This document shows, piece after piece, positions 18,466 to 27,830 of a stretch of 64,000 nucleotides of DNA. Location: positions 1,035,829-1,099,828 of the forward strand of contig CAWGTN010000002.1 of the NCBI GenBank assembly GCA_963825525.1, given 5' to 3'. Every line of letters begins with the position of its first letter. Within the stretch, counting starts at the first letter, position 1. The notes beneath the pieces are model-generated. The model searched no databases, had not been told where the DNA came from, and saw nothing but the letters and a program-made list of their open reading frames with translations. The position numbers and the translations under genes were made by a program. This DNA is from an uncultured Chloroflexia bacterium (GTDB lineage Bacteria > Chloroflexota > Limnocylindria > QHBO01).

Positions 18466-19346
18466 ATGGGAATGACAAGCCTGGCTGAGCTGGGACAGGA
18501 AATCGGCGGAATCGCGGAGCGCGTCGGACCATCGGTGGTCGGGATCGGCAACCGATGGCGTGGCGGCTCCGGCGTGGTCATCGGCGAGAACCGGATCCTG
18601 ACGAATGCGCACAACCTCCACGGCGACGAGGTGACGATCACCTTCGCCGATGGACGAACCGCCGAGGCGAAGGCACTCGGCGTCGACACCGACGGCGACC
18701 TCGCCGTCCTCGAGGCATCGACAGAAGGCGCCGCGGCGCTGGAGCTGGGCGCCGATGCACCCGGCGTCGGCGCAGCCGTGGTGGCCCTCGGCAACCCGAA
18801 CGGCCACGGGCCGCGGGTCACGTTCGGCTTCGTGTCGGGCACCGGCCGGTCCTTCCGTGGGCCGCGCGGCCGCCGTGTTGCCGGAGCCATCGAGCACACC
18901 GCGCCGCTCATGCCGGGCTCGTCCGGCGGACCGGTCGTCGACCTCGACGGCAGGCTGCTCGGCATCAACACCAACCGGCTCGGCAACGGCTTCTACCTGG
19001 CGATCGCCGCCGATGCGACCCTGCGCGACCGAGTCACCGCCCTGGGCCGGGGCGAGTCGCCGACCCGTCGCCGTCTTGGCGTTGGCCTGGCCCCATCCCA
19101 CGTTGCGCGACAGCTGCGTCGCGCCGTCGGACTTCCCGAGCGCGATGGGCTCCTCGTCCGCGAGGTGGAGGACGACTCCCCCGCCGCGAAGGCCGGGATC
19201 GCCGAGGGCGACCTCATCGTGGCGGTCGGTGGCAACGGAGATCACCAGCGCCGACGACCTGTTCGAGGCGCTGGGCGGCATCGACCCGCTCGAGATCACG
19301 CGTCGTGCGCGGCGCGGACGAGAAGCAGGTGACGGTGAGCGAGTGA
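18466..19346 (+). CDS. HtrA/DegP-like trypsin-family serine protease with C-terminal PDZ domain; the 3' end carries two 1-bp insertions in this sequence
   Basis: The translation GSGVVIGENRILTNAHNL...GNPNGHG...GSSGGPVVDLDGRLLGINT is a trypsin-like S1C fold followed by a PDZ domain. The C-terminus reads in three frames: ...DLIVAVGGN | EITSADDLFEALGGIDPLEIT | VVRGADEKQVTVSE*. There is an extra G near 19238 and an extra C near 19301. Confidence 0.7.
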
Positions 19347-19717
19347 TCGGTTTGGGCCCGACGCATTGCCGCGGCCCTCAAGCGCGGCCAGGTGATCGAC
19401 ATCACGACCACCGGCCGCAAGTCCGGCGAACCGCGGCGCATCGAGCTCGTGTACCACAACGTGGATGGCAAGGGATCTGATCAGCGGCCAGCCGGGCTAC
19501 CCGCGCGGCTGGATCGCCAACCTGGCGCCGACCCGGCATGACCTTCCACCTGAAGCGCGACGTGGTTGCCGACCTGCCGGCTACGCGGGCGGGTCGATCA
19601 CGGATCGAGCCGAACGAGAGCGCGTTCTCGAGCCGATCGCCCGCGCTATGGGAAGGTCGACCTGGGCGTGATGGTCGCCTCCGCGCCACTGGTCGAGGTG
19701 ACCTTCCCGGAGGGGTA
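19343..19717 (+). pseudogene. DUF385 deazaflavin(F420)-dependent nitroreductase-family gene fragmented by about five frameshifts
   Basis: Pieces in three frames reconstruct RRIAAALKRGQVIDITTTGRKSGEPRRIELVYHNVDGK | LISGQPGYPRGWIANLA | MTFHLKRDVVADLPATRA | SITDRAERERVLEPIARAMG | KVDLGVMVASAPLVEVTFPEG*. This matches DUF385/Ddn-like proteins. Confidence 0.55.
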
Positions 19718-19752
19718 GCCGAGCCACCTGGCCGGCGGCGTAGGCTGCGCGA

Positions 19753-20235
19753 ATGTACGAGTACATCGTGCTTCTCCACGTCATCGGCGCCTTCACCTTC
19801 GCCCTGGCCCACGGAGTCTCGATGGCAGTGGCGCTGCGGTTGCGGGGCGTCCAATCTCGGGAGCAGGTGGCGGCGCTCCTCGACCTCTCGGGGCTCTCGA
19901 TCATGGCGCTCTACATCGGCCTGCTCCTCCTCCTGGTCGGTGGCGTGTGGGCCGGCTTCGCCGGCGACCACTGGGGCCAGCCGTGGATCTGGGCGTCGGT
20001 CGGCGTCCTCGTCGTCGTCATCGTGGCGATGTACGCGATCGCGACGCCGTTCTACGGTCGAATGCGTGCGGCGGCCGGCGTGCTCACCGATCCGAAGCAG
20101 GTCGCGAAGTTCGGCGAGTTCGCGCCCGATGACCTCGACCGCATGCGCCGATCGTCGCGCCCGATCTGGCTGACGATCATCGGCTCGGTGGGGTTCCTGG
20201 CGCTCCTGTGGCTCATGGTGGTCAAGCCGTTCTGA
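19753..20235 (+). CDS. DUF2269-like integral membrane protein
   Basis: Four TM helices are predicted (MYEYIVLLHVIGAFTFALAHG...). Confidence 0.65.
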   Translation: MYEYIVLLHVIGAFTFALAHGVSMAVALRLRGVQSREQVAALLDLSGLSIMALYIGLLLLLVGGVWAGFAGDHWGQPWIWASVGVLVVVIVAMYAIATPFYGRMRAAAGVLTDPKQVAKFGEFAPDDLDRMRRSSRPIWLTIIGSVGFLALLWLMVVKPF

Positions 20236-20275
20236 CCGACGCGGTCGGTGCGTCGTCCCCTCTAGACTTCGCGCC

Positions 20276-20952
20276 ATGTTCCAGGCCATCCACATCATCG
20301 GCACCGGCCGCGCCGGGGGCGCGATTCGCGCCCGCCTGGTCGGGAGCATGGCCTGGCGGTCACCGATGGCCGCGACGTGGAGCCCGACGCGGAGCTCGTG
20401 GTCATCTGCGTTCCCGACTCCGCGATCCCCGAGGTTGCGGCGACGGTGGAGATCGGACCGTGGGTGGCGCACGTCAGCGGAGCTACCCGGCTCGCCGCTC
20501 TCACACCGCACGAGCGTAGGTTCAGCATCCATCCCCTTCAGACGCTGAGCACGAGCCGCGGACCGGAGCAGCTCGACGGTGCCTGGGCGGCGGTCAGCGG
20601 CGAGAACCCCGAGGCGCTGAAGCGGGCGCGATGGCTCGCCGAGACGCTCGGCCTCCGACCATTCGAGATCGCCGAGGCCGACCGGGCGCTCTACCACGCG
20701 GCGGCGGTGATGGGTGGAAACTTCCTCGTCACCCTGCACCGGGCGGCCAGCCGTCTGCTCGACGAGGTGGGAGTCCCGCCGGAGGCCATCGTCCCGCTCA
20801 TGCGGCGCACGATCGAGAACGAGTTCGAACTCACCGGGCCCATCGCGCGGGGGGACTGGGCGACCGTCGAGGCGCACCTCGCGGCGCTCGAGGAGCGGGC
20901 ACCTGACCTGGTGCCGCTCTACCGGGTCATGGCCGAGGCCACACGCGAATGA
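20276..20952 (+). CDS. Rossmann-fold / DUF2520 domain protein upstream of panC; 1-bp frameshift near 20345
   Basis: The N-terminus MFQAIHIIGTGRAGGAIRARLV (GxGxxG) is in one frame and the remainder ...EHGLAVTDGRDVEPDAELVVICVPDSAIPEVAA... is in the +1 frame (ORF 20377..20952). The stop overlaps the panC start. Confidence 0.6.
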
Positions 20953-21750
20953 GGATCGTCCGAACGGTCGCCGATGTCCGAGAGGCGCTGGCGCCGGCCC
21001 GCGAGCGCGGCGATCGGATCGGGCTGGTGCCGACCATGGGCGCCTTCCATGCGGGCCACCTCGCGCTCATGCGAGCCGCCCGGGCTTCCGTCGGACCTCG
21101 TGGTCGTCAGCCTGTTCGTCAACCCCGCGCAGTTCACCGCGGCGGAAGACCTCGCCCGCTACCCGCGCGACGAGGAGCGCGATGCCCGGGACGCCGGGGC
21201 GGAAGGGGTCGATCTGCTCTTCGCTCCGAACGTCGAGGAGCTGTATCCCGCCGGCTTCGAGACCCGGATTGATCCAGGCTCCCTGGCGACCGTTCTCGAG
21301 GGAGCGGCTCGCCCCGGCCACTTCGCCGCGGTGGCCACCATCTGCACGAAGCTGTTCGCGATCGTCCAGCCCCACGCCGCGTGGTTCGGGCAGAAGGACG
21401 CTCAGCAGATCGCCGTCGTGCGGCGGGTGGTGGCGGACCTGGACCTGCCGCTCGAGATCACCGCGCTGCCAACGGTGCGAGCGGATGACGGCCTGGCGCT
21501 CTCGTCACGCAACGTCTTCCTGTCCGCGAACGAGCGAGCGGCGGCATTGAGCCTGCCGCGGGCACTCGAGGCCGGCCTGGCGGCGCACGCCGAAGGGCGC
21601 GACGCGGTCGAGGCGGCAGCCAGCATCCTGCGCACCGCACCGGGACCTGACCGTCGAGTACGTCGAGGTCGCCGACTTCGACGGTCCCACGCTGGTCGCC
21701 GCAATCCGCGTCGGGTCGACGCGGCTGATCGACAACGTCCGGCTCGGATG
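20949..21750 (+). CDS. panC: Pantoate--beta-alanine ligase, interrupted by two frameshifts in this sequence
   Basis: The N-terminus MRIVRTVADVREALAPARERGDRIGLVPTMGAFHAGHLALMRAAR is one frame. The body ...DLVVVSLFVNPAQFTAAEDLARYPRDEE...AVVRRVVADLDLP...LSSRNVFLS is a second frame (ORF 20974..). The C-terminus HRDLTVEYVEVADFDGPTLVAAIRVGSTRLIDNVRLG* is a third frame. The shifts are near 21085 and 21645. Confidence 0.8.
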
Positions 21751-21791
21751 ACGGCCCGGGCCCGGCGCAAATTGACAACCGATCGGCGCGG

Positions 21792-22670
21792 GTGGACGCT
21801 AGCCCGATGATGAAGGCCCACGCGCCAATCGGCCTGCCCGAGATCGCCGCCATGAAACGCGACGGCACGAAGATCGTGATGGTGACGGCCTACGACCACC
21901 CATCGGCTCGACTGGCGTCCGAGGCCGGAATCGACATGATCCTGGTGGGTGATTCGGCGGGCAACAACGTCCTCGGATACGACTCCACCGTTCCGGTGAC
22001 CATGGACGAGGCCGTCATGCTCACCGCGGCCGTGGCCCGCGCTCGGCCGCACTCGCTGGTCGTTGGCGACATGCCGTTCGGGTCCTTCCAGGCATCGGAT
22101 CGTGACGCGATCGGCAACGCGGTCCGCCTGGTCAAGGCCGGTGCCGATGCCGTGAAGCTCGAAGGGGCGGGGCCGATGGTGTCGCGCGTTCGCGCGATCG
22201 TCGACGGCGGGGTGCCGGTCATGGGCCACGTGGGCCTGACTCCGCAATCGGCGACGATGCTGGGCGGCATGAAAGCACAGGGACGGACGGCAGCCACGGC
22301 GCGCCGTCTGCTTCGCGACGCTCGAGAGCTCGAGGCGGCCGGCGCCTTCGCCCTGGTGCTCGAGTCGGTGCCGGCCCGGATTGCGGCACATGTGACGGAG
22401 ACCCTCACCATCCCGACCATCGGGATCGGGGCCGGACCCGGTTGCGATGGACAGGTGCTCGTCTGGCACGACCTGCTGGGCATCAACGAGGGAGAGGCCC
22501 CGCGCTTCGTGAAGCGCTACGCGGACCTCGCCAACCAGACGCGAGTCGGGCTGGCCGGCTTCGCAGCCGACGTCCGCGCGGGCGCTTACCCGGCCGACGA
22601 ACACGAGTACAAGATCGCGAGCGAGGAGCTGAAGGCCTTCGAGGCCGATCTCGAGCGCACCAAGACCTAG
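21792..22670 (+). CDS. panB: 3-methyl-2-oxobutanoate hydroxymethyltransferase
   Basis: The full-length match GTKIVMVTAYDHPSARLASEAGIDMILVGDSAGNNVLGYDST...GHVGLTPQS is characteristic of PanB. Confidence 0.9.
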   Translation: MDASPMMKAHAPIGLPEIAAMKRDGTKIVMVTAYDHPSARLASEAGIDMILVGDSAGNNVLGYDSTVPVTMDEAVMLTAAVARARPHSLVVGDMPFGSFQASDRDAIGNAVRLVKAGADAVKLEGAGPMVSRVRAIVDGGVPVMGHVGLTPQSATMLGGMKAQGRTAATARRLLRDARELEAAGAFALVLESVPARIAAHVTETLTIPTIGIGAGPGCDGQVLVWHDLLGINEGEAPRFVKRYADLANQTRVGLAGFAADVRAGAYPADEHEYKIASEELKAFEADLERTKT

Positions 22671-23560
22671 GCGTCGAGCCGAACGCTCCGTTCGATCGCT
22701 TCGCCGAGCGCGTCGTCCAACGCCGACGAGAGGGCGAACACCGTCTCAATGGTTGCGCGGCTGCCGTCGCCGCTGCTGACGGCAAAGACGACGTCCCCGT
22801 CCCACATCGTGTGGGCCGGCCGGATCAATCGGGCCAGGGTGTCATGAGCCAGCCCCGCCAGCGCCTGGCATTGCGCCCGATCCAGTGCGGCATCCGTTGC
22901 CACGACCACGAGGACGGTGTTGCCGGCCACGGGCGACGGTGCCGCTGGATCCGCCGCGGCAAGGACGCGACCGTCGCGGGCCGTGACGTTGCCAAGGCAG
23001 TTGTTGGCGACCAGCGCACCCACCAGGTGGCCATCGGTCATCCGTCGCGCAGCGCTGCCGATGCCCGCCGGCACGCCCGCCCCGCCGAGCTTTGCGACGG
23101 TGGCGCCGGTGCCTGCGCCCACCCGGCCCTCGAGCGGTCCCTCGTTCGCCTCGGCAGCCAGCGTGGCGAGATGGCCGGCATCCGGGCCGGGGAACGCCGT
23201 CGGATCGCCGATCCCGAGGTCGTAGAGGATGGCGGCCGGCACGATCGGCACCGGTCGGACCGGCGTGACGAAGCCGACGCCGCGTTCCGCCAGGCGGCGC
23301 ATGACCCCGTCCGCCGCACCGAGCCCGAACGCAGACCCGCCGGCAAGGCAGATGGCGTTCACCCGCTCGACGAGTGCCGTCGGACGAAGCAGGTCCGTTT
23401 CGCGGGTGCCCGGCGCGGAGCCGCGCACGTCGACCCCGGCGACCATCCCGTCGTCATCGGCAAGGATCACGGTGCAGCCGGTTGCCGCGGCGGTATCGGT
23501 CCAGTGGCCAACCCGGATGCCGGGCACGTCGCGGATGGTGAGGCGCGGCACGGTGCTCAT
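22667..23560 (-). CDS. DmpA/L-aminopeptidase D-Ala-esterase family (peptidase S58 / P1) protein
   Basis: The translation IRVGHWTDTAAATGCTVIL...GSAFGLGAADGVMRRLAERGVG is typical of DmpA/ArgJ-fold aminopeptidases. Start is taken at MSTVPRL. It overlaps the upstream hydrolase gene as ATGA. Confidence 0.75.
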   Translation of the reverse strand: MSTVPRLTIRDVPGIRVGHWTDTAAATGCTVILADDDGMVAGVDVRGSAPGTRETDLLRPTALVERVNAICLAGGSAFGLGAADGVMRRLAERGVGFVTPVRPVPIVPAAILYDLGIGDPTAFPGPDAGHLATLAAEANEGPLEGRVGAGTGATVAKLGGAGVPAGIGSAARRMTDGHLVGALVANNCLGNVTARDGRVLAAADPAAPSPVAGNTVLVVVATDAALDRAQCQALAGLAHDTLARLIRPAHTMWDGDVVFAVSSGDGSRATIETVFALSSALDDALGEAIERSVRLDA

Positions 23561-24342
23561 CGGCGCAACCAGTCGAGGACGAGCCGCAGGTAGTCGTCGA
23601 AACGGTCGCGGTGGACCGTGTGACCGGAGTCCGCGACGTGGATGCGGGAGTGCGGCGGCAGGGTGGACTCGAGCTGCCGTCGCGCGGCACCCCACAGGAC
23701 GGATCGGTCCTCGGCGGCAAGGACGTAGAGCGCAGGCGGCGCGAGCTGTGGAGCGACCTCGAGCACGCGGGCGCCGGTGTGACGCCGGAACGACGCCATG
23801 AGCCCCGGCCGATCCGCCAGCTGCTTGCCCTCCACGTCCTGGCGCGCATCCTCCTCGAGCCAGGATGGATTCTCCGCGAGCTCGCGGGCGACCTCACCCT
23901 CCGGGTCATCGACCGCGGCGAGCAGCTCGCGCTCGAGATTCTCCTGCCAGTCGACGTCGTCGGCGCGGACCACCGACGGCGGGTCCTCGAGGACGAGGCG
24001 TCCGATCAGCTCCGGCCGGAGGAAGGCGAGCTCCGCCGCCACCGCTCCCCCCAGGGAGTGCCCGATGAGGGCATCGACGTGCCCACCCATGCCCTCGATG
24101 AGCGATCCGACATCGGCCGCCAACTGGCCGACGGTCGCGTAGCCGTCAATCCGTGGGCTGTGGCCATGCCCGCGCAGGTCGACCGCAACGACGTGCCAGC
24201 CCGCGCTGGCGAGGGCCGGACCCACTCGCCACCAGGTGCGCCACCACCCCGTCACGCCATGGACGAGCACCACGGTCGGCGCCGATCCGTCGGCATCTTC
24301 CGCCGGCCATTCGTGGGTGGCGAGGGCAAGCGGCTCGTTCAT
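23557..24342 (-). CDS. Alpha/beta-fold hydrolase
   Basis: The nucleophile elbow GHSLGG, the segment VVLVHGVTGWWRTW and the motif DLRGHGHS are present. Confidence 0.8.
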   Translation of the reverse strand: MNEPLALATHEWPAEDADGSAPTVVLVHGVTGWWRTWWRVGPALASAGWHVVAVDLRGHGHSPRIDGYATVGQLAADVGSLIEGMGGHVDALIGHSLGGAVAAELAFLRPELIGRLVLEDPPSVVRADDVDWQENLERELLAAVDDPEGEVARELAENPSWLEEDARQDVEGKQLADRPGLMASFRRHTGARVLEVAPQLAPPALYVLAAEDRSVLWGAARRQLESTLPPHSRIHVADSGHTVHRDRFDDYLRLVLDWLRR

Positions 24343-24391
24343 CAGCCGATGCTACGGCACCCGCGGTACGTGGCGTGCAAGGGCTGGCGAC

Positions 24392-26050
24392 ATGAGCCTC
24401 GAAGCGACCAGCGACCTGTGGTGGAAGAACGCGATCATCTACTGCGTCGACACCCAGGCCTTTCTCGACACGAACGGCGACGGCGTCGGCGACCTCGACG
24501 GGCTGACCCAGCGCATCGACTACCTGGCCGGCCTGGGCGTGACCTGCCTGTGGCTGATGCCGATCTACCCGTCCCCTGAACGCGACTACGGCTACGACGT
24601 GGCCGACTACTACGGCGTGGCCGACAAGTACGGCAGCCTGGGCGACCTCGTCGAGCTGGTGCGAACCGCGAAGGAGCGCGGCATCCGGGTCATCGCCGAC
24701 CTCGTGGTCAACCACACCTCGGTCGACCATCCCTGGTTCCAGATGGCGCGCCAGGGCCACCCGATCTACCGCGACTTCTACGTCTGGGCCGATGAGAAGC
24801 CGCCGAACGCCGAGGAAGGAATCATCTTCCCGGGCAAGCAGGAGAGCATCTGGTCCTACGACCGAGCGGCGAAGCGCTGGTACATGCACCGCTTCTATCC
24901 GTTCCAGCCGGACCTCAACATCAACAACCCGCTCGTGCGCAACGAGATCCACAAGGTCATCGGCTTCTGGCTCGAGCTCGGGCTGTCGGGATTCCGCGTG
25001 GATGCCGTGCCGTTCCTCATCGAGCAGGTCAGCCCGGGCAACCCCGCCGTCACCGACCCGCACGACTACCTCCGCGACCTCGGCGACTTCATGGTTCGGC
25101 GCCGCGGCGACGCCATGCTGCTGGCCGAGGCGAACGAACCGGCTGACAAGCTCGCGACCTACTTCGGTGAGCGCGGCAACCAGATGGACATGCTGTTCAG
25201 CTTCATCACCAACCAGGCGCTCTACCTGTCGTTCGTGCGCGGCGACGCCACGCCGGTCGCCGATGCGCTGCGCTCGCTGCCGCCCATCCCGTCGCAGGCC
25301 CAGTGGGCGAACTTCATCAAGAACCACGACGAGGCGTCGCTCGACAAGCTGTCCGACTCGGAGCGCGAGGAGGTCTTCGCGGCCTTCGCCCCGAAGAAGT
25401 CGATGCGCCTGTTCGACCGTGGCATCCGGCGGCGCTTCCCACCGATGGTCGACGGCGACCGGCGTCGCATGGAGCTCGCGTACAGCCTGCTGTTCAGCCT
25501 GCCGGGCACGCCTGTCCTGTTCTACGGCGAGGAGATCGGCCTGGGTGACAACCTGGCCATGACCGACCGCGAGGCGGTGCGCCTGCCGATGCAATGGTCG
25601 GATCGGCCCGGCGGCGGGTTCACGACCGCGGACGAGGGCGACCTGCCGCGACCGATGCTCAAGGACGGACCGTTCGGCTATCCCAAGCTCAACGTCGAGG
25701 AGCAGCGCCGCGACCCGGGCTCGTTCCTGAACTGGACCGAGCGCGCGATCCGGACGCGCAAGGAATGGCCGGAGTTCGGCTGGGGCACCTGGCAGGTCGT
25801 CGGAACGCGCAATCCCGCGGTGCTGGCCCACGTCGCCACCTGGGACGGTGCGTCCGTGCTGGCGGTCCACAACTTCTCCGACGCGCCGGCCAAGCTGACA
25901 GTGCAGATCCCACCGGACGCGCGTGGTGAACGCTGGCGGCACATCTTCGGGGCCGGCGACGAAGAGGCACCCGAGATCTCGGGCGATCGGCTCACCTGCG
26001 AGATGGCGCCCTACGGCTATCACTGGTACGGACGAAAGGAGGGCGTCTGA
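24392..26050 (+). CDS. GH13 alpha-amylase-family enzyme, trehalose synthase (TreS)-like
   Basis: The translation WWKNAIIYCVD...DTNGDGVGDLDGLTQRIDYLAGLGVTCLWLMPIYPSP...DLVVNHTSVDHPWFQ...GFRVDAVPFL matches TreS/amylosucrase-type GH13. The upstream part of the track ORF is untranslated leader. Confidence 0.8.
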   Translation: MSLEATSDLWWKNAIIYCVDTQAFLDTNGDGVGDLDGLTQRIDYLAGLGVTCLWLMPIYPSPERDYGYDVADYYGVADKYGSLGDLVELVRTAKERGIRVIADLVVNHTSVDHPWFQMARQGHPIYRDFYVWADEKPPNAEEGIIFPGKQESIWSYDRAAKRWYMHRFYPFQPDLNINNPLVRNEIHKVIGFWLELGLSGFRVDAVPFLIEQVSPGNPAVTDPHDYLRDLGDFMVRRRGDAMLLAEANEPADKLATYFGERGNQMDMLFSFITNQALYLSFVRGDATPVADALRSLPPIPSQAQWANFIKNHDEASLDKLSDSEREEVFAAFAPKKSMRLFDRGIRRRFPPMVDGDRRRMELAYSLLFSLPGTPVLFYGEEIGLGDNLAMTDREAVRLPMQWSDRPGGGFTTADEGDLPRPMLKDGPFGYPKLNVEEQRRDPGSFLNWTERAIRTRKEWPEFGWGTWQVVGTRNPAVLAHVATWDGASVLAVHNFSDAPAKLTVQIPPDARGERWRHIFGAGDEEAPEISGDRLTCEMAPYGYHWYGRKEGV

Positions 26051-27012
26051 TGGCCCCGATCATCGGCTTCCACGCCAGCCACGAGCAGTTCCGGCCGGAT
26101 CGGCTGCTGCGCCTGGTGCAGTCGGCGGAGGCGGCGGGCTTCGGGGCCGCGATGTGCTCGGATCACTGGGCGCCGTGGAGCGAGGCCCAGGGCGAGTCTG
26201 GCTTCGCATGGTCGTGGCTGGGGGCGGCGCTCCAGGCCACCTCGCTCCAGTTCGGCGTGGTGAACGCTCCCGGCCAGCGCTACCACCCGGCGATCATCGC
26301 CCAGGCCGCCGCAACCCTGAACGTCATGTTCCCCGAGCGCTTCTGGATCGCGGTCGGATCCGGCCAGCTGCTGAACGAGCACATCACCGGCGAGCGCTGG
26401 CCGGCGAAGCCGGAGCGCAACGAGCGGCTGCGCGAAAGCGCTGACATCATGCGTCGTCTGTGGGACGGTGAGACGGTCTCACATGACGGCCACGTCACGG
26501 TCTCCGAGGCAACGCTCTGGACGCGTCCCGAGCGGCCGACGATGCTCGTCGGCGCGGCCGTGACCCCGGAGACCGCGGGCTGGGTCGCCGAATGGGCCGA
26601 TGCACTGATCACCGTGGTCCAGGCCGATGACCAGCTGGATCGCATCGTCGACGCGTTCCGGTCCAACGGTGGCGAGGGCAAGCCGATGTACCTCCAGGTG
26701 CATCTTGCCTACGCCCCCACCGAATCCGAGGCGCGCGACGCAGCCTTCGCCCAGTGGGGCCAGAACTGCCTGCCGAACTCGGTCATGACCGACCTGTCCC
26801 ACCCGTCGCAGATCAAGGATGCGTCGCAGCACGTGGCCCCACAGGACCTCGATGACGCGGTGCGCATCTCGTCGGACACTGGGCAGCACGTCGAGTGGCT
26901 GCAGCGCGAGCTTGCGCGCGGGTTCGATCGGCTCTACCTCCACGAGGTCGGCCCTGAGCAGGAACGGTTCGTCGAGACCTTCGGCCGGGATGTGCTCCCC
27001 CGCCTTCGCTGA
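26050..27012 (+). CDS. LLM-class (luciferase-like) F420-dependent-type oxidoreductase
   Basis: The translation MAPIIGFHASHEQF...MCSDHWAPW...LGAALQATSLQFGVVNA is a typical LLM fold. Its ATG overlaps the TreS stop as TGATG. Confidence 0.75.
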   Translation: MAPIIGFHASHEQFRPDRLLRLVQSAEAAGFGAAMCSDHWAPWSEAQGESGFAWSWLGAALQATSLQFGVVNAPGQRYHPAIIAQAAATLNVMFPERFWIAVGSGQLLNEHITGERWPAKPERNERLRESADIMRRLWDGETVSHDGHVTVSEATLWTRPERPTMLVGAAVTPETAGWVAEWADALITVVQADDQLDRIVDAFRSNGGEGKPMYLQVHLAYAPTESEARDAAFAQWGQNCLPNSVMTDLSHPSQIKDASQHVAPQDLDDAVRISSDTGQHVEWLQRELARGFDRLYLHEVGPEQERFVETFGRDVLPRLR

Positions 27013-27029
27013 AGGTCTGCGATCATGGC

Positions 27030-27830
27030 ATGACCATGGCCGCACTCGGAGCGAAGGAACGGGCGAAGCTCCCGGATTCCGCCTTCGCCTACATCGACGC
27101 CGACAAGCGTCGCCTGCTCCCGATTCACGACGAGCCGCACGTCCGCAATGCGCTGGCGCGATTCAACCGAGTCGTCTTCGAGGACGAGGAGGCGCGCGAT
27201 CGTGCCCGTTCGCGGCTGCTCAAGGCGGCAAAGCGTCACGGCCTGGTCCCGGTCGGGTTCATCGAGGGCCAGCTCCGACCCAAGCTGCCGACCGGTCAGC
27301 TCACGCTTCTGTTCGCCGATGTCGAGAACTCGAGTCGCCTGACCTCGGAGCTCGGAGAGCGATACGGCTCCCTCCTCAATGCGGTTCGGCGCATCGAGCG
27401 CACGGCCATTCGCCGCACCGGCGGCTTCGAGGTGGATGCCAGGGCCGATGAATTCTTTGCCGTGTTCGAGCGGGCCGCCGATGCCCTGGAAGCATCGATC
27501 GCCATGCAGCGCGCATTCGGGTCGCACGCATGGCCCGACGAGGCCTCGGTCCGCGTCAGGATCGGGCTGCACACCGGACGCCCGACCCGCACGCCGGGCG
27601 GCTACCAGGGGATCGCGGTCAATGCCGGCGCCCGGCTGTGCTCGTGCGGCCACGGGGGCCAGATCCTCGTCTCGCGTACCGCCCGGGCGGCGCTGGGCGA
27701 GGACACTACGGTCGAGCTGCGACATCTCGGGACGTATCGGCTGCGCGGCATCCCCGACGAGCACGAGATCTACCAGGTCGTGGCTAAGGATCTCCTCGAC
27801 GGATTCCCGGCACTGCGCATCGAGGCTTAG
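27030..27830 (+). CDS. Class III adenylate/guanylate cyclase with an N-terminal small domain (SAFAYID...RLLPIHDEPHVRNALARF)
   Basis: The C-terminal cyclase catalytic core is LTLLFADVENSSRLTSELG...GFEVDARADEFFAVF...IGLHTGRP...GIAVNAGARL. Confidence 0.75.
   Translation: MTMAALGAKERAKLPDSAFAYIDADKRRLLPIHDEPHVRNALARFNRVVFEDEEARDRARSRLLKAAKRHGLVPVGFIEGQLRPKLPTGQLTLLFADVENSSRLTSELGERYGSLLNAVRRIERTAIRRTGGFEVDARADEFFAVFERAADALEASIAMQRAFGSHAWPDEASVRVRIGLHTGRPTRTPGGYQGIAVNAGARLCSCGHGGQILVSRTARAALGEDTTVELRHLGTYRLRGIPDEHEIYQVVAKDLLDGFPALRIEA

Noticed and set aside
20208-20548. ORFs 20208..20519 and 20295..20528 as separate genes
   Set aside because: They are alternative frames over the 5' end of the DUF2520 gene. 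The true N-terminus (MFQAIHIIGTGRAGG) is in ORF 20276..20548 and joins the 20377 frame after a single-base frameshift.
24146-26023. 625-aa minus-strand ORF
   Set aside because: It is antisense to the TreS-like GH13 gene and has no recognisable domains.
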